Made by a program: the position numbers and the translations under genes
Source of the DNA: a virus
Taxonomy: Duplodnaviria > Heunggongvirae > Uroviricota > Caudoviricetes
Strand: one strand, 5' to 3'
DNA length: 4,096 bases
IMG/VR virus record: IMGVR_UViG_2751185973_000002
The notes under the pieces: generated by a model
Seen by the model: the letters and a program-made list of their open reading frames with translations, nothing else
Database searches by the model: none
Told to the model about the DNA's origin: nothing
Shown: in pieces, positions 1 through 4,096 of the stretch
Layout of the letters: each line of letters starts with the position of its first letter
Numbering within the stretch: the stretch's first letter is position 1

Positions 1-399
1 CAACACCCAGCGGGCACAGTTATCCGTTGCCATTGATTCCAGCCGTTCCGTGAACTGGTCACGGAGAAGATTGTCACAGTGCCAGCACAGACGGATTGCA
101 CCCGGAGCGTGTCGCATTGTGGTCATGTTCTCGCTGTGCCAGTCGGAATGAGGCCACTGGCAGCCTTTTTCACGAAGTAACCAGCTTTCAAGACATTCCA
201 CGCCACCAGCACGACGGATCACTTCCTCATTGCGGAACACGGCCCGAACGGCAGGATCATCCGCCAGCGGTTGTGATGCCGCCGGAACGGCACCACTGGC
301 GAAAGATGAATAACGCTCCGGCTCAGGCTCCAGCAGGACACGCCCCTGCATAAACAGGGGCATCAGCTCTGAACCTGGTCTGAACAATACGATCCCCAT
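1..399 (-). CDS. Partial Cys/His-rich phage protein of unknown function; 3' end lies beyond the window start, 5' start uncertain
   Basis: My own minus-strand translation is open from 465 down to position 1 with no stop: ...MGIVLFRPGSELMPLFMQGRVLLEPEPERYSSFASGAVPAASQPLADDPAVRAVFRNEEVIRRAGGVECLESWLLREKGCQWPHSDWHSENMTTMRHAPGAIRLCWHCDNLLRDQFTERLESMATDNCARWVL. Start candidates are ATG at 399..397 (no obvious SD) or GTG at 435..433 (preceded by GAGGTGA just after the antirepressor stop). It is absent from the supplied ORF track, presumably because it has no in-window stop. The C-x3-H...H-x2-N...H...C-x2-C pattern suggests a metal-binding or HNH-like module; a DUF968-like identity is a weak recollection only. 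Confidence 0.5.
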   Translation of the reverse strand, partial: MGIVLFRPGSELMPLFMQGRVLLEPEPERYSSFASGAVPAASQPLADDPAVRAVFRNEEVIRRAGGVECLESWLLREKGCQWPHSDWHSENMTTMRHAPGAIRLCWHCDNLLRDQFTERLESMATDNCARWVL

Positions 400-442
400 A
401 CGCGGGGCAATTTCAGGGGTCAGTAGTGCTCTCACGGTCACC

Positions 443-1252
443 TCAATGAACGGTATCGAGCAGCTTTAACAGCTCAGGGAATCGGGATTCGAAGAAATGC
501 GGCTGCGTCTCGCGCGGATTTGCAGGACAGGTGATGTTCTTGCCGAACATGCAGCCTTTCGCTGTCAGCGACCAGAATTTTTTGATGTTGTTAATCGCGG
601 TACGGCTGTATCGTTCGCGCTGCTCGACGATCCCCAGCTTAACCATCTGGTGATATGCCTGATTAGCCGTAAGGCGGATACCATACTGTTTCAGCAGTGC
701 ACTCAGCGACAGCGTGGGGCGACTTGAGCCATCAGGCGCGTCAGCAGGAGCATCAATGGCATAGCGCGGTGCCAGATTCGGTAAGCCAACAGCCTCCTGG
801 AGTTTCTGACAGGCACCAAGCACTGAAGAGTTAGACAGGTTTAATTCCCGGCGCATAAAGTCCAGCAGAATCACACCAGCCTGCATCTTGTCAGCAGCCT
901 GTCCGGATAATTTTTCCGGTGCGCTGGTTACCATGTCGAAAGTACGGATCACCTTCAGATGGAATGACGGGCTGATCCACATTGCATAGGCATACACCAG
1001 TTCCTTGCAGACATACGTTCCCCGTTCATTTCCCCCATGAATCATACTCACCGGGTCAACACCCAAATTCTGGGTGTTGGTCAATTCATAAACAAGCTCA
1101 ACAGTTTGTTGGCTGGAAATAAACTTTCCCGGCTCCTTGGTTCTGGCATTTGCACCAGATGCTACTGCTGCGCGATGCAGATCGTTCAGGCTGTAACGCC
1201 CATAAGCATCACGACGAACTTCAATACCATCAATGACCATCAGATTATTCAT
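443..1252 (-). CDS. KilA-N domain phage antirepressor
   Basis: The N-terminal MNNLMVIDGIEVRRDAYGRYSLNDLHRAA... is a typical KilA-N domain opening. I place the start at ATG 1252..1250 because GAGGAGA (1267..1261) sits 8 nt upstream; the track's start at 1285 is a GTG with no SD. Stop is TGA at 445..443. Product about 269 aa. Confidence 0.75.
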   Translation of the reverse strand: MNNLMVIDGIEVRRDAYGRYSLNDLHRAAVASGANARTKEPGKFISSQQTVELVYELTNTQNLGVDPVSMIHGGNERGTYVCKELVYAYAMWISPSFHLKVIRTFDMVTSAPEKLSGQAADKMQAGVILLDFMRRELNLSNSSVLGACQKLQEAVGLPNLAPRYAIDAPADAPDGSSRPTLSLSALLKQYGIRLTANQAYHQMVKLGIVEQRERYSRTAINNIKKFWSLTAKGCMFGKNITCPANPRETQPHFFESRFPELLKLLDTVH

Positions 1253-1271
1253 ACTTCGTTTCTCCTCTTGA

Positions 1272-1661
1272 TCAGGCGGCTGCACCCGCCGTTTTCTCGT
1301 ACTTACTGATAGTGATCTCGACCTTCCCTTTCGGGATAACCGGTCCCCACTCCACCAGCATTCTTTTCACCTGACTGTCGTCTTCCCACACACCCGCGTG
1401 GGTCAGGGCGTCAAACAGCGCCTTGTTATAGTTGTCCAGATCGCGGATCCGGTTATCCGGAGGAAACAACACGATCTCCACTGAAGCAGGTGCCGACGTT
1501 GGTTTCGGCAGACGACGTAACTGCTCAACTATTGCTGCGCACGCCGCGCTCTGGAATTTTCGCCCCGCCGCGCTTATCAGGCTCTTACCAGCAAACGCCC
1601 CTTTGTTGGGGTGTCGCCAGTACGTGTTCACGCTGGGCGGAAAAGGCAGTATTAGCTTCAT
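1272..1661 (-). CDS. rusA: RusA-family Holliday junction resolvase (crossover junction endodeoxyribonuclease)
   Basis: 129 aa. Motifs LPFPPSVNTYWRH, IRDLDNYNKALFDALTHAGVWEDDSQV and KGKVEITIS align with the E. coli RusA blocks ([49 protein letters not shown]), including the catalytic Asp cluster. SD AGGGAG (1675..1670) lies upstream of ATG 1661..1659, which overlaps the upstream stop as ATGA. Confidence 0.85.
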   Translation of the reverse strand: MKLILPFPPSVNTYWRHPNKGAFAGKSLISAAGRKFQSAACAAIVEQLRRLPKPTSAPASVEIVLFPPDNRIRDLDNYNKALFDALTHAGVWEDDSQVKRMLVEWGPVIPKGKVEITISKYEKTAGAAA

Positions 1662-2311
1662 GCCACCATCTCCCTGACCAGTTTTTCCGCCTGCTGGCGA
1701 ACCTGCGCCAGAAATGCCTCACCACATGCCTCAAGTTCATCGCGCCCGATGTAGCTGATTGCCGGTCCCTTCCAGGTCTTGTCGAAAACAGCAATAGCAC
1801 CAGCGAAGAAAGCACCTGTTGGCACCTGCTTTTCGTCTTTCGGGATAAACCAGGCAGGCAGTTCAAAACCAATACGCCCGCGAATAAAAGCAATATGATC
1901 TGCATCTTCCGGCCACCACACTTCGCTGGTGGCAGCTTTGATCAGGAAAACATAGCGCCCGCCTTTATCACGCATGGCACTGGCATGCTTCATGATGTAA
2001 CGCATGCCGATGATGTATTGCCCCTCATGCTGACTGGCGCGGCTGTACGGGGGATTGCCAAAGGCAGCACCTTTAAGCTCCGCAAGACGTTCTGACCAGT
2101 CATGCGCCAGCGCGTTGTCTTCCGCCGTGTAATACGCGGCACATTTGGCGTTATCACCGTCAGTGAACAGATCCAGAACAAACGGACCAAACAAGGTGTT
2201 AATTCCCCAGAAAATGTTGTCCGGCGTGCGCCACTGATCGCCCACTTCCTTCAGTTCATGGGCTGGTTTGTTCCGCAGTTCCACCAGCGCCTGGCAATAT
2301 TTATTACTCAT
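1658..2311 (-). CDS. Phage orphan DNA N6-adenine methyltransferase (Dam-type, NPPY motif)
   Basis: MSNKYCQALVELRNK...DQWRTPDNIFWGINTLFGPFVLDLFTDGDNAKCAAYYTAEDNAL...FGNPPYSR... carries the W-x-TP and D-L-F-x-D N-terminal motifs and the catalytic NPPY motif IV of small phage adenine methyltransferases. I place the start at ATG 2311..2309 (217 aa), which overlaps the upstream TAA by 1 nt and follows a GGGGG SD; the track's longer form starts at a GTG at 2344. The stop overlaps the rusA start as ATGA. No restriction enzyme gene is adjacent. Confidence 0.85.
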   Translation of the reverse strand: MSNKYCQALVELRNKPAHELKEVGDQWRTPDNIFWGINTLFGPFVLDLFTDGDNAKCAAYYTAEDNALAHDWSERLAELKGAAFGNPPYSRASQHEGQYIIGMRYIMKHASAMRDKGGRYVFLIKAATSEVWWPEDADHIAFIRGRIGFELPAWFIPKDEKQVPTGAFFAGAIAVFDKTWKGPAISYIGRDELEACGEAFLAQVRQQAEKLVREMVA

Positions 2312-2799
2312 TAAGCCCCCACGTAATTCCCTGACAGATACCACTCATCACCCGATACAGCGCGCTTACTGCTTTTCCGTAAACACTGCTCACGACGCGC
2401 CAGAAAATTGTTTCGTTCTGGCTGGGAGTGGCTTTCACGGAATGCCGCCATCCACACCGTTGCAGCACGACGGTATAAGCCCCTGGACTCCAGTTCTTCC
2501 GCCTGGCGGGTCAGGCACAAAATCTCCCGCGGGTCGTTAGTGCCGACATAGAAATTGCGCACAGGTCTGGTTTCACGAACTGGTTGCGGTTCCGCCTCCT
2601 GCGCTCTCTCAGTCAGGCGCGGGAAATGTCTGCGTGTATCCCCTTCACAACGGTGAGCCACACGACCACTCTGACGTAATTTGCTTGCTGACTGCAGAAC
2701 GCACTGCCGTGAGTAACCTGCAAAAGCATCCGCAATGTCTCCGGAAGTACACCCCGGATGGGCTTCAATGAATTTCTGAACTTCATTCAAAAGACTCAT
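2311..2799 (-). CDS. PerC/Pch-family regulator-like protein with an N-terminal, possibly winged-helix, extension
   Basis: 162 aa. The C-terminal block QAEELESRGLYRRAATVWMAAFRESHSQPERNNFLARREQCLRKS matches the PerC hallmark (E..GL[WY]RRAA..W ... RR..C) as I recall it. The N-terminal 55 residues (MSLLNEVQKFIEAHPGCTSGDIADAFAGYSRQCVLQSASKLRQSGRVAHRCEGD) look like a small helical DNA-binding module. ATG 2799..2797 overlaps the initiator stop as ATGA, and a G7 run (2809..2803) serves as SD. Confidence 0.65.
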   Translation of the reverse strand: MSLLNEVQKFIEAHPGCTSGDIADAFAGYSRQCVLQSASKLRQSGRVAHRCEGDTRRHFPRLTERAQEAEPQPVRETRPVRNFYVGTNDPREILCLTRQAEELESRGLYRRAATVWMAAFRESHSQPERNNFLARREQCLRKSSKRAVSGDEWYLSGNYVGA

Positions 2800-3620
2800 A
2801 ATCCCCCCCTGAATCCTGCCGGGATCTGGCTGTAGTCCACGTTGTCGTAACTGGCTTTGAAGTACGGGTCCTCGCGTCTGGCTGCAGATACCGCAGGAAC
2901 TTCCCAGGATTCTTCGAAATGACGATCTGGACCAAAGAACGTGACAGCCTGTTTCACAAATTGTGTGCCGCTATTGCCCATCGCAGATACCCAGCCCGCG
3001 TAGCGTTTCACACCTTCCAGCATGGTTTCGGGGTTTACCCCCTCGTTCAAACGGGCTTTCCAGGCTTTGAAGGCTGCAGATTTTGAATTGCCACCAGCAC
3101 GTTTGGGATATGCCAGCCATGCCTGCTCAAACTCCGGAGAGTATTCCGGTCGGTTTGAACGAACTCGCACGGACTCATCAACTGATGCACCAACAGCTAT
3201 TGGTTCATTGACTGGTTCTTTGACTGGTTCAAAAGAGTGACTGGTTCTGGGTGAATCTCCTGCACTACCCCTTGGTGCAACTCCTGCACTACCTGGTGAA
3301 TTTGCTGCACCAGATAGTGAATTATTTGCACTACCCCCTAGTGAATCTCCTGCACCATCAAGATGAAGGAGATAGATATTACTTGAGTTACCTTTTTCAC
3401 CTTTCCGGGTGACTTTTTTTACCAGCCCGGACTCACAAAGGGCCGCAATATGATTCATCACAGAACGTTTGCTAATCTCGCACTGGTCAGCAATATGCTG
3501 GTAGCTGGGCCAGCACTCACCCTGATCGCTGGCATTATCAGCCAGCTTAATCAGAACCAGTTTTCGCAATGGATTTCCCACTCGAATTTTCATCGCTTTA
3601 ACCATCAGCTCCATACTCAT
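2796..3620 (-). CDS. Phage replication initiation protein, lambda-O-like N-terminal HTH domain
   Basis: 274 aa. The N-terminus KIRVGNPLRKLVLIKLADNASDQGECWPSYQHIADQCEISKRSVMNHIAALCESGLVKK resembles the lambda O N-terminal DNA-binding domain pattern. A central low-complexity linker (GGSANNSLSGAANSPGSAGVAPRGSAGDSP, EPVKEPVNEPI) is encoded by DNA direct repeats. The C-terminal block YSPEFEQAWLAYPKRAGGNSKSAAFKAWKARL is of a type seen in phage replisome-organiser proteins. Strong SD GGAGGT (3631..3626) lies 5 nt before ATG 3620..3618; stop is TGA 2798..2796. Confidence 0.8.
   Translation of the reverse strand: MSMELMVKAMKIRVGNPLRKLVLIKLADNASDQGECWPSYQHIADQCEISKRSVMNHIAALCESGLVKKVTRKGEKGNSSNIYLLHLDGAGDSLGGSANNSLSGAANSPGSAGVAPRGSAGDSPRTSHSFEPVKEPVNEPIAVGASVDESVRVRSNRPEYSPEFEQAWLAYPKRAGGNSKSAAFKAWKARLNEGVNPETMLEGVKRYAGWVSAMGNSGTQFVKQAVTFFGPDRHFEESWEVPAVSAARREDPYFKASYDNVDYSQIPAGFRGGL
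3209..3247. repeat. Three copies of the 10-bp motif TGACTGGTTC next to the iterons
   Basis: Exact TGACTGGTTC at 3209-3218, 3221-3230 and 3238-3247; on the coding strand it encodes the EPV-repeat segment of the initiator linker. Confidence 0.5.
3251..3359. repeat. Five imperfect direct repeats of about 20-23 bp inside the initiator gene; putative origin iterons
   Basis: GTGAATCTCCTGCACTACCCC (3251-3271), GTGCAACTCCTGCACTACC (3276-3294), GTGAATTTGCTGCACCAG (3297-3314), GTGAATTATTTGCACTACCCCC (3318-3339), GTGAATCTCCTGCACCATC (3341-3359). In lambdoid phages the origin lies within the initiator gene in the inter-domain linker, which is the arrangement seen here. Confidence 0.55.
3361..3420. other. 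AT-enriched stretch beside the iterons; possible DNA-unwinding element of the origin
   Basis: About 65% A+T over 60 bp, against roughly 48% for the window, with a T7 run at 3414-3420. It lies on the 5' side of the iterons in gene orientation. Confidence 0.3.
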
Positions 3621-3841
3621 GCAGCACCTCCGAGATGCTTCATGTTTTTTCCGGAGCGAAAGGCTATAAGCGGCATACTGATGCGGTAATTACGGCCCAG
3701 CGGTTCACAAATCACCTTCTGACATTCACGGTCAACCAGGCTAACACGTAGAACATGCCCTGCAGGCGTGGTGTACCACTGACCCGGACGAGGACAATGG
3801 AAAGTCTGATTGGTAAACCGTTTGAAAATATTCCGGATCAT
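3617..3841 (-). CDS. Small hypothetical phage protein (74 aa), first gene of the coupled array
   Basis: ATG 3841..3839 is preceded by AAGGGGG; the stop overlaps the initiator start as ATGA (3620..3617). Sequence MIRNIFKRFTNQTFHCPRPGQWYTTPAGHVLRVSLVDRECQKVICEPLGRNYRISMPLIAFRSGK... has no HTH and no motif I can assign; it is unlike lambda Cro or CII. Confidence 0.5.
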   Translation of the reverse strand: MIRNIFKRFTNQTFHCPRPGQWYTTPAGHVLRVSLVDRECQKVICEPLGRNYRISMPLIAFRSGKNMKHLGGAA

Positions 3842-3957
3842 TTGCGCCCCCTTACCTCTGAAGGGTTCAGCGACAAATTTATGAGGCAGGCCAGTGCCGA
3901 AGCATCATTAATATAGTCATACAAGCTAACAGCCAGCGGAGATTCGGCTTTTGCCAA

Positions 3958-4009
3958 CTGAAGTGGTCAACAAAAACTGGCCACTGAAGTGGTCAACAAA
4001 AACTGGCCA
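3958..4009. repeat. Perfect 26-bp tandem direct repeat (2 copies, plus a partial third) in the upstream non-coding region
   Basis: CTGAAGTGGTCAACAAAAACTGGCCA at 3958-3983 and again at 3984-4009, preceded by a partial GCCAA at 3953-3957. Each unit carries a TTGACC -35-like hexamer on the minus strand, and the unit junctions form the short inverted repeat CCACT-GA-AGTGG. Confidence 0.8.
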
Positions 4010-4096
4010 CCGAGTTAGAGTTTTTCCAGTATCGATTTTCCGATTCGTTTGGGGGTAACCCACCGTTATATTCGTGCGGTCTTAGTGCGCTGTAAT

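Noticed and set aside
18-28. DnaA box-like sequence (AGTTATCCGTT)
   Set aside because: An imperfect match to TTATCCACA that lies inside coding sequence far from the putative origin; most likely chance.
96-353. Plus-strand ORF of 85 aa
   Set aside because: It lies antisense to the long open minus-strand frame at 1-465, has no SD, and is Pro/Arg/His/Ala-rich in the way GC-rich antisense frames usually are.
1585-2190. Minus-strand ORFs 1585-1905 (106 aa) and 1990-2190 (66 aa)
   Set aside because: Alternative frames inside the methyltransferase gene with Arg/Ser/Leu-rich, low-complexity translations; the methyltransferase frame carries the real motifs.
497-2540. Plus-strand ORFs 497-727, 1037-1309, 1432-1677, 1490-2095, 2102-2314 and 2268-2540
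   Set aside because: All are antisense to minus-strand genes with strong recognisable motifs (KilA-N, RusA, methyltransferase, PerC-like). They lack SD sequences and any recognisable motif of their own.
3022-3689. Plus-strand ORFs 3022-3240 and 3450-3689
   Set aside because: Antisense to the replication initiator, with no SD and no motifs.
3842-3957. Sigma-70 promoter for the minus-strand operon
   Set aside because: The TTGACC -35-like hexamers lack a convincing -10 at 16-18 bp spacing, and the TATATT / TAATGA -10-like hexamers near 3905-3915 lack a good -35. I cannot place a promoter confidently without transcript data.
3958-4009. CRISPR array, or intrinsic terminator, formed by the 26-bp tandem repeat
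   Set aside because: Only two directly abutting copies with no spacers, so it is not CRISPR. On the minus strand each unit has a short hairpin (CCACT/AGTGG) followed by TTTTT, but the stem is only 4-5 bp with a 2-4 nt loop, too weak to call a terminator.
3990-4096. C-terminus of an upstream minus-strand gene entering from beyond the window end
   Set aside because: One minus-strand frame is open from 4094 down to a TGA at 3992..3990 (…YSALRPHEYNGGLPPNESENRYWKNSNSVASFC*), but the translation has no recognisable features and would end inside the tandem repeat. It cannot be resolved without flanking sequence, so I treat the region as non-coding.
1-4096. Mobile element, tRNA or rRNA genes
   Set aside because: No transposase-like ORF, terminal inverted repeats, or tRNA/rRNA-like sequence is apparent. 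The region reads as a contiguous prophage early operon.

Overview
This window reads as the early replication / nin-like region of a lambdoid-type prophage from an enterobacterium (about 52% GC). All convincing genes are on the minus strand and form one compact, translationally coupled array. In transcription order (high to low coordinates) they are: a 74-aa unknown protein, a lambda-O-like replication initiator with origin-like iterons inside its own coding sequence, a PerC/Pch-like regulator with an N-terminal extension, a phage Dam-type N6-adenine methyltransferase (NPPY motif), a RusA Holliday-junction resolvase, a KilA-N antirepressor, and a Cys/His-rich ORF that runs off the 5' edge of the window. 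Upstream of the array (3842-4096) is a non-coding stretch with a perfect 26-bp tandem repeat. No tRNA, rRNA, CRISPR array or transposase is visible. No helicase-loader gene follows the initiator. All homology statements rest on motifs I recognise by eye; no database search was run. I do not see a clearly new multi-gene system here; the most interesting items are the PerC-like fusion, the embedded origin, the upstream tandem repeat and two unassigned proteins.
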